From a virus (lineage: Duplodnaviria; Heunggongvirae; Uroviricota; Caudoviricetes), in the IMG/VR virus record IMGVR_UViG_3300020156_000001, positions 1-64,000 of that record: a DNA stretch of 64,000 bases; one strand, 5' to 3'. Below, piece by piece: positions 31,401-40,700 of the stretch. A program made the translations under genes and the position numbers. Under the pieces are notes generated by a model. That model ran no database searches. It saw only the letters and a list, made by a program, of their open reading frames with translations, and was not told where the DNA came from. Within the stretch, counting starts at the first letter, position 1, and every line of letters starts with the position of its first letter.

Positions 31401-34400
31401 ACGCTCCTGCAAACGCAACAATCGGCTTTAACGAAGACGGTCAGTTTGATGCTGTTGAACTTCAATATGGTGGTGATGCTTATCGTGACACGCCAACAAT
31501 TGAATTCTCCGCTGCTGGCTTTGCTGCTCACGCATTTATGAATCCTGTGGGTCTTGCAAATCCAAGCTTGACTCGTTTGGGTTCGGGTACACCAACTGTA
31601 ACAGTGGTAAACGATCCACTTGACACAACTGGTGCAGGTGCTGAACTGGGTCTTACACGCGCTGGCTCTACAATTGGCAGCGTAAGTGTAACGGCTCCAG
31701 GTTCCGGCTACACCGACGTTCCAGCAGTTGAAGCAAATGGTGGTACCAATGTTAGCTTGCGTGCGGTTCTAAAGCCAACAAGCATCAGCGAAGTTACAAT
31801 TGGCAATCGTGGCGCTGGCTATACGGACTTCCCAACAGTTCAAATTGAAGCTCCGCAAACTGCTGGTCAACCCGCACAGGCACACATTGTAATGGAAGTT
31901 GATAACATGATTATCAACCAAACTACAAAGTCCTATCCTGGCGAAACGTTCAACGTTGATTTCAACGGCAACATGCTAACTCGCTTTAAAACGGCAACAG
32001 TTGATGCAGAAAGCAACATGCTAACTGTGGAAGTTGTAATCGCTGGCGAGTACAATAAGACAACAGTTCAAACTGGTCGTATTGCACATCGTGTTGTTGA
32101 AAATCGCGTTTACGGTCACATCTTGGACTTTGCTCCAGGTGTTGATGAAGACTATGGTCTGATCACAGAATCTGTTTACGAAGCTGATGATTATGGTTCC
32201 ATCACCGACACTACGATTGTTGTAAGCGAAGACTACAATATTGCAACAGACGCTCCAAGCTATGGCCCAATTACTGAGGAAGTTGTTGAGTATATGAGCT
32301 TTGGCCCGATTACAGCTACACCAGCAACGGTTAGCGTAACTGGTCGTTTGAAGACATTTACGCTGGACAACGCAGGCACAGGCTTTACTCGTCGTCCAAC
32401 AGTTGCGCTAGTTGGCACAAGCAGTGTTCCTGCTCAACTAACAGCGGTATTGACGCCAACTGAAGTTGCAAGTGTTGAAGTTGTTAATGGCGGTTACAAT
32501 GTTCCAAACGGCGTAAGCGTGGAAATCACTGGCGGTAATGGTACAGGCGCAACAGCGGTTCCAAATATCCAACTCGGTGTTATCAACGGCTTGTATGTGA
32601 TCAATGCAGGTTCAGGCTATACTCGTACACCAAAGGTTGAATTCTCGATTGATGGTTTTGCAGGTAAAGTTGAACTACAGCCAACAACCGTTGCAAGTGT
32701 TGTAACAACTGAAGTAGATGAAACCCTAAATGTTGAAGGTCGTCTCACACAGATCAAGCGTTTGTCCAATCCAATCAATGCTCGCCAAATCAACTCTCGC
32801 TTTGGTACGGCTATTGCTGGTTCTGGATCAACAGTTGCTATCTCTGGCTTGCCAGCAGTTGCAGACAACATTCCAACAAGCGGCGGTAACGTGGAAATCT
32901 TCGAAGTTCAAGAACGTGAAGATCGTGTTGTCAAGGTAGAAATGGATGGTTGGCTCAATGCAAGCTCAGCAATGGCTGGTCTTTCCGACTTTACGCTTAG
33001 CATGTGGTATCGTACATCCGACCGCACCAAGGTCAAAAACAACGGTACAATGTTCGCAGCAACAGATCCTACGCGTCCTGGTTTGTTCGAATCAATCCGT
33101 AGCACAACTGGCGGTTCGTTTACAGTACCAGCAAACGTAAACAAGATCCGCTTCCAGGGTTGGGGTGCAGGTTCTAAGAAGGCAGCTCGTCCAGACACAG
33201 GCGGCTTTGCTGGTGGTATCCTAGACGTAACTCCGGGCGAAAGCTTTGGTTGGTCTATGGACACAACAACTGGTCGTACTCGTCTAACTCGTGGTGGTGT
33301 TGAAGTCGCGAATATTGGCTCGGGTATTAACGATGCTCCAAACGGTTTTGCTGCGGATCCATTGGTTTCCAACGGCAACGCTGGCGGATGGAACCTGGCT
33401 TCCTACAATCCAAACTTTGGTGCCATCTATGTTCAAGGCCATTACCTCTCGGGTGTTGCCAACATGTATGATGCAGCAAACTTTGCAAGTGGTTACACTG
33501 GTACGGGCGTCTACAACATGACTGGTCACGTTTCCACAAAGTATGGTATTGATAACCGCATGATTCGTTTCTATTACGATTCTGGTACTTCAAGAAATGG
33601 TTCTTCCGACACTATTTCATCTGTGCCGCATATTAAGAGTGTTTACGTGAGCAAGGAATTCTCGCGTTTTGTGGATACCTTCAAAAACAATGGAACCGCT
33701 GATATCACGTTCAACGTTGTTTCCTATGTAGCTATTGGTGAAACCTATGGTTATACCACTGGCACATTCAACACCGCGCGTATGGAATTGGGAACTCAGG
33801 ATGGCACAACAAAGGTTGTAATATTGAACGGTGATGGTCAAGCTTTGCTTCCAGTGGATATTTCCAATATGTCGGTTCGCTCTCCAATGCGTGCGATGAC
33901 TTGGACAATCACATTGAAGCCAGGCGAAACAAAGTCCATTGCAACATTCTACGTTTGTGATCAACCAATCAACGGTGTGAGAACCGCTGCTAGTGCGGCT
34001 GCAACTGCTTTGCTTCCAAACCTAGAAGCTCTCTTCTATGGCTTGACCAATGCTGAAATTGCAACGATTGCAAACTTCAAGTTTGCTCGTGAAAATGAAT
34101 ATGCAACAACAGCGGATCCAATGTTCAGCAAGGTATACAATGGTGCAACTGGTTCTCCATCAAGCAGCCCAATGTATGATGGTGTTGCAGGTACTCTAAA
34201 CAACCCAGGCCTCGTAACAGTAAGCCCGGTAGTGGATACTCCAGCTAACCGTCAAAGCTTGCAGATCACCAACAATGGTAAGATCAACGTAAGCACGACA
34301 AGAGGCGAAGTTTCCTACTATACAAGCCCAATGGAAGATGGTTGGCACAACATCGTTTATACGGTTTCCGCTGAAAAGGCTTCCGTATACATCGACGGCA

Positions 34401-34633
34401 ACTATCAGTTTACAGTTGATGTTGACTCGTTGGGTGCTTCGGATATTGTTGCTTTGGGTGCCAAGTTTGACCAGGAATCAAATCTTGCGGAAAACGATAC
34501 ATTTGCAGGTTACCTAGCGGATGTGGCAGTTTGGAATACTTCGCTTACTGAGGAAGAAGTTCAAATGCTTCTCACAGCAAAGGCCGATACTATCCAGCCC
34601 GGCAATATCCGAGCTTACTGGTTGAAGAATTAA
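22460..34633 (+). CDS. Giant FG-GAP beta-propeller virion/adhesin protein with glycine-rich, LamG and GSGYT-repeat inserts
   Basis: Dozens of FG.SV...VGAP...AGAVYVF repeats; start moved to ATG 22460 (GGAGA SD; TATAAATA 22413-22420). Confidence 0.9.
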   Translation: MGVKATDFGSILIEKHVGFRGELRFPETFLPTKQVGAGTFGRNAGDNFGYSVSIDGMLAAVGVPAQDYNEDGELSKADAGAVFVYRRNRDSWEFAYKISAPEADREEADNFGYSVSLKGNVLVVGSPKHAVDAAQANPIIGGGAAFVYNIVADAFELEAKLVPAVRDEDDNFGSVVSAFKDIVYVGSHAHGRNELEALDAPAAGAVWAFARNSETASWSLTKKIVAGGNDRNPNDQFGSAVSAHKNILAVGVPNYDYISKGMDLKTNAGAVYVFEWNTDHWVYRSLIVAADRAEGDQFGSAISVFDKRIAIGAPGKNKVYVYAQDILGNYVLASTAAPTMPVLADDLEQPTSATLVDGAKFGQALSLNADTLVVGAPNQRGLTVVSIDPLPEDAEEGTLKTWTGSETPNVGYVYVYAVDADSKLTQINKFTSVDRLEAGHALDNGNFGSSVSVGTDIIVVGEPNANVGSAGTDYKTNAGTAHIYVRTNGTFAHSKTVEGFYVDRNDQDAFATAFAQNDRFMVFTAPGQDYDTNNENYVSNAGAAYVWENVAGTWTYRQKLAAADRFAEAAFGSNVEILGETLFIQAARPNSSGAVHVFALENGAFVEKQRIVHADALAGDMFGSVMLARDSRLFIASTTVAANGTNNHGAVFAYNLVDGLYEFASKIVPTTLQSASRFGSSLSLNNNLLAVGAPGHSTDSGNGNPLGEAGAVFLFTPVEAGWEQVAKIAGPGTDRNANDYMGFAVARNANMIAVGIPGANYDAGVSVYKDSAGKVQLFSRDGMGWKLEASLDSPNRSVMGSFGHSVAMSDTRIVVGAPGEPEALAGTYGTGLAYVWEKVAGEWAVVATLSNDEMPAYDRRFGFAVAIDGDRVIVGEPNSRTTSENSTVVAAAGAAWIFEKKNGSWNKVSKLTAQALAGRTANANFGFSVDIRGTMAVVGAPYDTTNDVGAVTLANAGSTYVFRRAESSEGVVSWNPEKKLAGWAQDRNTDDRFGSAIAAYGNWVVVGATGHDFDLNRENFVDNAGALFVYEWVNRALVYRQKLVAHNNADRVADTGFGSVVAINSFTIVASAPNLKSATSQYRGKVWTWKLENGAWVKDRTFVCANSSDRDSTNTSSTTRFGSSLALSDTVLAIGSPASGFGATSTHVDRAGAVEVYRFVENAWAFEKTLVSALRKAGDEFGTTIAVRDNLIVVGGIAPQSSTPSLGADTLNYGGGAAWVFQQAGGNWNLIQKLSRGDEAANVNQFGTAVRISGDTMVVGAPGHVYDVNGRDFKVGAGAAYVFKMTVDGWKYNTTLHAPDRAENQLFGTDVVVKDDLIWVGAPGALNGGVVSGAVYGFRRATTGVETRRTRRVARFVGTGANQTFTVPAGIEEVTAYIWGAGGAVNTSVSDGGNGGFVRVKIPVTPGEELTLAVGTSPAANTGAGGGRSEILRGASTLAVAGGGGGTPGFAHGGVWVGTAGSAGANGSSGTEAVLAGLAGTSNAGGLSRTSTGYLSGNAGLFKMGGNGPTYEGATYYTGGWPNGGSSTVGANSSFAIGGGGDGWYGGSAGAVDLTASYLTAPAGGGSSYIAPGLTGYMGSVKTEYDDAFAYLSVLDNTDALASRPAVVNRDGMVVVEWYETYESNDWTFEQRLNMTTKPINANLEFGKTLAFDGATLVVGSPGDIHSPSGVNVGFAAGSAAVYEFNGFEWQESAVLFQFGLNSYANVNAMFTHSISVHEDYIIIGAPNHSYDEAGAEAMNGAGIAYLYRKVAGAWTNVQRLGPLGSQRNSNDLIGHSILSQDDWVFVGIPGQEYDAENANKVTNAGAVNVWKWEGSTLTFKQKLTAPFAERKLNKQFGWVLDYVDGQLYVSSPGSLVGGTENLETAGSLNVFGLEGDTWVPVQTINPPFSAPGSTLFGYDFAVSQDALAITAPGSAMDAISLANLTWLAYRPQGDAKYITLQMQEWSVELSCFRPDSSSATLLSTETPTGPGSLSLNAAGFGSLELVVSGVKRGETLAFGTNAWNRVIIQRSGNTMSFHVNGTQVASWEITGPSDVPYGLGAGIILGNTAGNADSEKRYEYIRVNTEALIPAEAFDDNMGRRPSTIMYANFRSNYLDIVEAYAATPETRNISNVPTFALIPGKTSSAIAGQVHFYKRDNGVWSYDQSVQPSGPVTAGDRFGHSVDLVEDFMVVGSPIHNLDQSNVRPLSNSGAVWFFQRVDSSWVQQQKLSMIGDEMVNGEETGATVESAGNVIAVAATRHPYDDQGENFREYAGAVYVWRFENDTWVIEQKIVASNRQTRANFGYSIAITDTLMVIGAPSNDDATKPGQAFVYRKEAGDTGLYPWKSEGELIAPGTNDRKPGDKFGYAVAINSDNEVMVGAPLHDFNAAGANELADAGAIFVFKKDTSWTLSQKLTANAMHKGVAGTVGRAAGEQFGSSITTFGNDLIVGQPFRANDARGQMPVSQAGGAIVFTRDNADALWEQTQIIVPQMRNSVANEYVGNAVSGWGDIFVAGSPMNNYDGDNDNYMQNAGAVYVWQKQGSEWKNIQKIAAVSANGINRQSNAFFGASLILHEDMLIVGAPQTTQQFTVPSTTNEQVGAVFIYKLVDGKFEFQYSFRPDASASNYKNYRFGYSLDYDGSTLIVGANNAAQTNTALDGFGRAYFFELNEEGVFEQTGMVVPKTAPAQSMSYGTSVSVHGDLAVASSSTALSGGHPGRVVIMQRIEGTWAEVDMVLAQDQMADSGSQFGFTIEFSADNSKMFVGAPNTSYDRLNRLVSNGGAVFFFENDNGTWVFRQRITPVGQNYHHANSQFGYSISYNNELGLLFVGAPGNTYNGIGNSIAARYGAVFEFNQDEDGFFYTKSRILPDPAYGMNGSNDFGYKIHSEANMLLASAPGNTYGNLSTDPAATAMGGILAFRLVDENWLFIRKIIPEGRNTAVANRRFGEVFKYKDSLLAVGVPNNRHDEYGTDLFDGYGSVFVYKVESLDALTVEFVGGKFNAPANATIGFNEDGQFDAVELQYGGDAYRDTPTIEFSAAGFAAHAFMNPVGLANPSLTRLGSGTPTVTVVNDPLDTTGAGAELGLTRAGSTIGSVSVTAPGSGYTDVPAVEANGGTNVSLRAVLKPTSISEVTIGNRGAGYTDFPTVQIEAPQTAGQPAQAHIVMEVDNMIINQTTKSYPGETFNVDFNGNMLTRFKTATVDAESNMLTVEVVIAGEYNKTTVQTGRIAHRVVENRVYGHILDFAPGVDEDYGLITESVYEADDYGSITDTTIVVSEDYNIATDAPSYGPITEEVVEYMSFGPITATPATVSVTGRLKTFTLDNAGTGFTRRPTVALVGTSSVPAQLTAVLTPTEVASVEVVNGGYNVPNGVSVEITGGNGTGATAVPNIQLGVINGLYVINAGSGYTRTPKVEFSIDGFAGKVELQPTTVASVVTTEVDETLNVEGRLTQIKRLSNPINARQINSRFGTAIAGSGSTVAISGLPAVADNIPTSGGNVEIFEVQEREDRVVKVEMDGWLNASSAMAGLSDFTLSMWYRTSDRTKVKNNGTMFAATDPTRPGLFESIRSTTGGSFTVPANVNKIRFQGWGAGSKKAARPDTGGFAGGILDVTPGESFGWSMDTTTGRTRLTRGGVEVANIGSGINDAPNGFAADPLVSNGNAGGWNLASYNPNFGAIYVQGHYLSGVANMYDAANFASGYTGTGVYNMTGHVSTKYGIDNRMIRFYYDSGTSRNGSSDTISSVPHIKSVYVSKEFSRFVDTFKNNGTADITFNVVSYVAIGETYGYTTGTFNTARMELGTQDGTTKVVILNGDGQALLPVDISNMSVRSPMRAMTWTITLKPGETKSIATFYVCDQPINGVRTAASAAATALLPNLEALFYGLTNAEIATIANFKFARENEYATTADPMFSKVYNGATGSPSSSPMYDGVAGTLNNPGLVTVSPVVDTPANRQSLQITNNGKINVSTTRGEVSYYTSPMEDGWHNIVYTVSAEKASVYIDGNYQFTVDVDSLGASDIVALGAKFDQESNLAENDTFAGYLADVAVWNTSLTEEEVQMLLTAKADTIQPGNIRAYWLKN

Positions 34634-34704
34634 ACACAATAGGAATAGGTCTCCAGGGCGCATAAATACTCGTGAATCAAAATCGAGTTGCCCTGGAGAC
34701 AACA

Positions 34705-37700
34705 ATGACTTCTATCCCCGACAATTCAGTCAATGGTCATGATCTGATCATCAACGGAAACTCTAAAATGTCTGAAGGCATTCAAGAGAAGTCCGTTGTC
34801 CATAAAGCGTCCATTAAGCCAACAACGGTTGGATTTCTAACAAGTGCGGACAACTTTGGTTCGATCATGGACATTTTTGAGGATGTTCTTGTTGTTGGTT
34901 CTCCCACAGTAAATCAGCTTTCAGGTGCAGTTTGGGTGTTTGAGAAAACTTCCAAGCAGCGTATCCGCAAAAGCCAAAAGGTTTCTCGCGAGCGCCAAAC
35001 ATTTACCCACACCGGCTCAAAGCAAACATGGACCGCACCGGAAAATGTCAAAAACGTTACAATCCAGTTGGTTGGTGCCGGCGGTGGTGGTAACGCTTTG
35101 GGAACACACCTCGGTGGTAACGGCGCATACGTAAAGGCTGTGATTGCAGTTGATCCAGGCAAGACATATGACATTATTGTTGGTCAAGGTGGTGTAGCCG
35201 CTGGTACAACTCGCCCATTCGGTGGCGGTGGTCGTGTTCCTGAAAACAGCATCGGTGGATCCGGTGGTGGTCGCTCTGCTATTGCTGATCCTGTATTCGG
35301 CGACATGCTTACCGCAGGTGGTGGTGGTGGTGCGGGTAAAGATGGCCCAGGTGGTTTTGCCGGTGTTAAAGCAGGCGATGGCGTTGCGCTAAAAGCTGAT
35401 GGTTCCGCTATTGTTCCCGCAGTAAACGCAATCGGCGCTAATGAATACCTCACAGGTTTCAACGCTTCGGCTCTCACAACAAATTACTTGGTTGATGGTC
35501 TTTGGACTCTCACCAACAACATCATGGATCCAGCCACAGGTGTTGAAAAGCCAAACTACTTGAACACAAAGTACCAAGGTGAAGACGCTAAAGCGGCACT
35601 ATCCCTGCTTGGAAAGACCGTAAACGAAAGCGGCGCCGGCGGTGGTGGTTTCGCAGGTGGTGCTGCTGGTCCTGAGTCCTACGGCGAACGTTTTAGAACA
35701 ACAGTGGGCAATATTTTCCCAACCGGTGGTTCTGGTTCGGGTGGCTCGTCCATGGCGGATCCAACTCTCGCATTCCCATTCCGTAACACCGAAGATATGA
35801 TTCGCGATGTTGTGGTATTCGACGGTAATGCTCGTCAGCTTCCAGTTGAATTTGATGCCTTTGGTCATGGTGGCGATGATACCACACCTGGTCAGGATGG
35901 TACCATTGTTATTGAATGGGACGTATACGCTGAAGGTGATGATGAAACCACTGAAGACCTTCAAGACTGGAAGGAAACACACTTCTACACGTTCAATCCA
36001 GTTGATGCCGGTGGTATCAACTATAGCTGCCGCGTTGGTGCAGCGGTTGCCACAAATGGCGAATATATCGCTATTGGTTCACCGTATGACTTAGCAAATT
36101 CAGATGGTAACCTCTTTGCGCCACCACAAATCGGTGGTAACGGAACCCTTACAATCCTCAAGAAGGAAAATGGTGCTTGGGTTCGCACTCAACGTATTAT
36201 CGCAACTGGCACAAACGGCCGCACTGACAACCTGTTTGGTGCTTCGGTAAAGTTTATCGGCGGCAAACTATTTGTAGGCGCTCCAACAAGCGACACAGAT
36301 TCAACTGGCGCAAATGCGGTTACCGATGCTGGTGAAGTGTTTGTATTTGAACTAGTTAACGATGCTTGGGTACAAACCGGCCGCATTAGCGCGACTGGTA
36401 CTAACAGCCGTATCGCAAGCGATTCGTTTGGTTACAAGCTGGCTGGCTTTGGCGACACGCTTATGGTTGCCAGCAAGAACAGCTATGACGCACTTGGTGC
36501 AAACCTAGTTGCTGGCGCTGGTTCAGTATTCGTTTATAACGTTGATACTCTAGCACAAGTCCAACGTATTGCGGGTCCTCGCATTGCAAATGCAGGCTTT
36601 GGTTCTTCGATGAGCGTAAAAGCGGGCACGATGGTTATTGGTGCCGAAGGTACTGCTGAAACTTACGTTTACAAGCTTGAAAACACAACTTGGGTACAGG
36701 AAACAAAGAAGTCTCATGCGGCTTCGCACTTGATCTCTTACTGCCCAATGCTTGTGACAGGTAATACCGTAGCTCAATCGGTAAATGGTTTGAACTTCAC
36801 CTACGAGAGTCACACAATGAGTGAAGGTATCTCCGGTGGTACTCTTGGTGATATCTATCAGTTCTACTTTGGTAATACCCAGCGCGGCCGTAGCCGTAGC
36901 AACAACAACATGGGCTTTACTCAAAACTATGGCCGTCGTGGTGGTTTCCGCGCAAGTGTTCCAGCGATTCTATCTCGCACCGAATTTACACTTTCCAAGT
37001 GGCTTTACATTTTGCAGCCGCAAACATTCACCGGCTTTGAAAACGCTGGTACTCCAATGCCATTGTTCCGTCGTGGTTCGCTTTGGGGTGTATTCCTGGA
37101 ACGTAGCTCAGGTGAAGCAAATGGTGGTAACCTTTACTTGCAGGTAGCCAACAGCGGCAATCCAAAGCGTTTCCACTTTGGTAAGCTGCCAAAGGATCGC
37201 TGGATTCACATGGCGATTACTCTAAAGGGTACCAAGCTTCGTTTGTTCGTAAATGGTGAACTCCGCAACACCTATGATATTGCAAGTGTTTCGCTTGCAG
37301 ATGATCCTTCGATTCCAATCTCCTGGGGTTACAACCCAGCAATTGATGCTCTTGAAGCTCCGCTTTATGGTATGGGAGATTTTGCGCTTTACGATATTGC
37401 TCGTTATGATCAGTCCTACACGCCATCGGATACTTCATATTTTGAAACCCACTGGAATGAAATTCCAAAGGATCCATCCACATTTGGCCGTGGTAAGGCT
37501 GCATTTGTTGTTGACGAAAACACAATTCTAGAAGGTCTACCAACGTCCTATTCGGATGAAGCAGTTCATCACAACCCACGCACAAGACACCAAAACTCCA
37601 CAGTTCATCACGAAGACATTATGATGAACTCGGGTAAGGTTGAGATCACACAATTTGACGGTGAAGAATGGACAACTGAAAAGTCTCTTCCAATCATCAC

Positions 37701-40700
37701 TCCAGGTCACGCTTATATTCGTCCAAACTATGGCACACAGTTTGGTAAAAACGTCCATATCGACAAAGACCACTTGTATGTTTACGCGATGGATTCCATG
37801 GAACACGCCAGCAATTGGTCGCCATCGTTGGGTGCAGTATGGACATTTGATGTTCAAAACGATTTCAAGCTAATTGAAAAGGTTCTCTCACCTGCACGTA
37901 AAGACGCTGCGATGGGTGATCTCAAAGTTGAAAACGTTGACAAGATGTCAATTGTTGACCGTAGCGCAACAGTTCGTAACGAGCTTTACTTTGGCTTTGA
38001 AACGATGGCGCTTATCAACAATGGCGACAATCATGTTCCATATGCGTTCAAGAAGCTTTACTATGCGGATCGCCAACAGCGTCGTACGGATATCGAGGTT
38101 GATTCCTCTGGCTTGCCATTTAGCACGGCTTCCTATTACTATCAGACGATCACTTCGGCTGAGATGAAAACACAACAGATTTCATCACTAAATGCGCCGT
38201 TTGCAACGTTTAACTCAATAGCAAGCCCAATGCCAGCAGCTAAGGTATTCGAGCGTAACTTGGTCTCTGATAGTTCGGGTAAGACTTATGTGATGCAGCC
38301 AAACGAACGTTCAACGTTTGGTCCATACACGAAGTCGTTTCCAGGCAAGGTATCCGAACTACAGTATCAGATCAACGGTTCCTATAACTTTGTTGAAACT
38401 TTTGCTATGCCAGGTTCTGAAGGCGCCAACACAGGTTATGATACATTTGGCTTGACTGTTAAGGTTGTCAATGATACGGTTTGGATTGGTTCTTCCCAAT
38501 CCCTACACACCCAGTATAACTGGAACTCTGGTTACTATTTCGGTAAGATCTACTCCTACAAGTATTTCAAAGAACGTGCGGGTTGGGATATTGATCGTAC
38601 CCTGCAAAACATTCCATCTGCCACACCAGCAACGCATCCTATGTTTGGATCATCCTTTGATATCAAGGGCGATTTCCTCTTGGCGCGTAGCCGTGGTGCA
38701 GCCAACACAACAGCTTATCTCTACAAGATCAACGAAGACAGCTTTGAACTTGTACAGCAGGTAACAGTTGGTACAGACTCCGACGACAACAAATTTGCGG
38801 GTAGCGCAGTTGCATTCTTTGGCGACTCGATGGAATCCGTTATTGGTAGCCCATGGACTCACACCCCAAGCCGCAATTATGTGGGTCGTGTTGATCACTA
38901 TGGTTGGGATGAAACTGCTGGTCAGCTTGTTCCTGATTCCGTACTTTACCGCCCAACAATGCTTGTCGACGATCGCGAATACGTAACAAGCTTGGGTTCC
39001 GCAGCGGTTCTTTCCAATGGTCGTTTGTTCGTAGGTGCAGATTATTACTCCAAGGACGAAGCATTCAACTTGACTCGTGGTGGCAACGGTGCGGTTTATT
39101 ATTACGATAAAAACGCCGATGGTTACTGGGAACAGAAGGGCATCATGTCCAACTACGTGGGCAACACTGGTCTTCGTATGGGCGCTCGCATCCACGTTAT
39201 GGGTGACTCTGTTCTCATGCACGGAAATTACCCATCCAACAACCGTGTTGACCTAATGAAGCATGATGCGGTAACTGACACTTATGCGTTTGTTAAGTCG
39301 TTTACTTCATCGCCAAACAAGTATCCGGCAAGCGGTGCGTTTGTAAGCGAAAACCACATCGTAATAGGTCAAATCTACACCACAGCCCAAGTAAATCAGA
39401 CTGGTCCAATGACTGGTAGCTGGGTAGAGTATAAGGGTGCAGATGCAACTTGGACTGTTGGTTCCGATCATTATGTTCCAATGATCACAAATGGTGCTTA
39501 CGATTACGGCGTTATCGACTACACAAGCTTTGCAAACACGATTTATGGTCGTGCAACTGATGAGCGTTTTGGTACCGACGTTAAGCTTAGTGCGGACAAG
39601 TCCATGCTATTGGTTGGTGCACCATCAAACTATTACAACGCAAATCACGTATCAAAGAATCCAGTTGGTAACCTTGGTGCAGTTGTTGCGTTCTACTGGG
39701 ATGAAACAAACACAAAGTGGCGCTTGAACACCAAGATCCACGACACCAACAGTGAAACTCAAGGCACACAGTTTGGTCAGAAGATTACACGTTCGGGTAA
39801 CGACTTTATCGTTACATCCTACGGTACAACTCTTGAAGGTATTATCACAACCCTAAGCTATGATGTAAGCGGCGTAAACGCAAAGTGGACTCAAAAGTTC
39901 CAGTTGAAGAACAACGTAGGTTACACTTACTTTGGTTCTGGCGTTGCCTATGATAGTGTTCGTGACTTGTATGTGGTTGGTACGGAAATGGGTTCTGTGG
40001 ACTCCATGCAAAGTGGTTTGTTTGAAACAATCACTTCTACAAAAACACGCCAATCATACTCGATTGCAGGTTCCGTTAATAACCGTGTTGCTGGTATGGC
40101 ATTTGGTTACTCGGTTGCCACTTACGATGGTAAGATGGCAGTTGGTGCACCATATTACCCATACAGCAATAATGGTACAACCCCTGCTGGTCCCGGTGGC
40201 GGTCTTGTCTACACTTACGAACTTACACCTAACAATACGTTTAAGCCGGTTCAGAAAATCACATTTGAAAACCAAGCAACGAATCATTTTGGCTTGCAGT
40301 TGGGTATTTCCAATGAGCAGATGTTTGTAACTGGCACAAGCACAAAGCCTGTGGTATTGTCCAAGGATGGTTCTGGTAAGTTTGTAAACCCTGTAACAGT
40401 TAATGCCATTAACTCTTCGGGTCAGACTATTACACCTCGCACGGTTGCTTGGGATCCTGAAACAAAGGAATCAGCGTTTGTTGGTTTGTCCTCAAATGTT
40501 TGGAACATTCCTCTCAACTTTGGACCAAATGGTGTTGTTGTTCCACTAAACTGGGATGGCGACAAATACGTGCAGGATACCGCGTTCTCCAGTGCAAGCG
40601 TAACAGCAACAAACATTGTGGATCTTCCAAATCTAGCACTTTCGCTAAACACACAATTTGGTCAACATGGTATGGCATTCTCGCCGGACAAGACTAAGTT

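Noticed and set aside
34628-34705. Sequencing frameshift or pseudogene between the giant genes
   Set aside because: The gap has an organised promoter, 11-bp hairpin and SD, and stops in both frames; looks evolved rather than an error.
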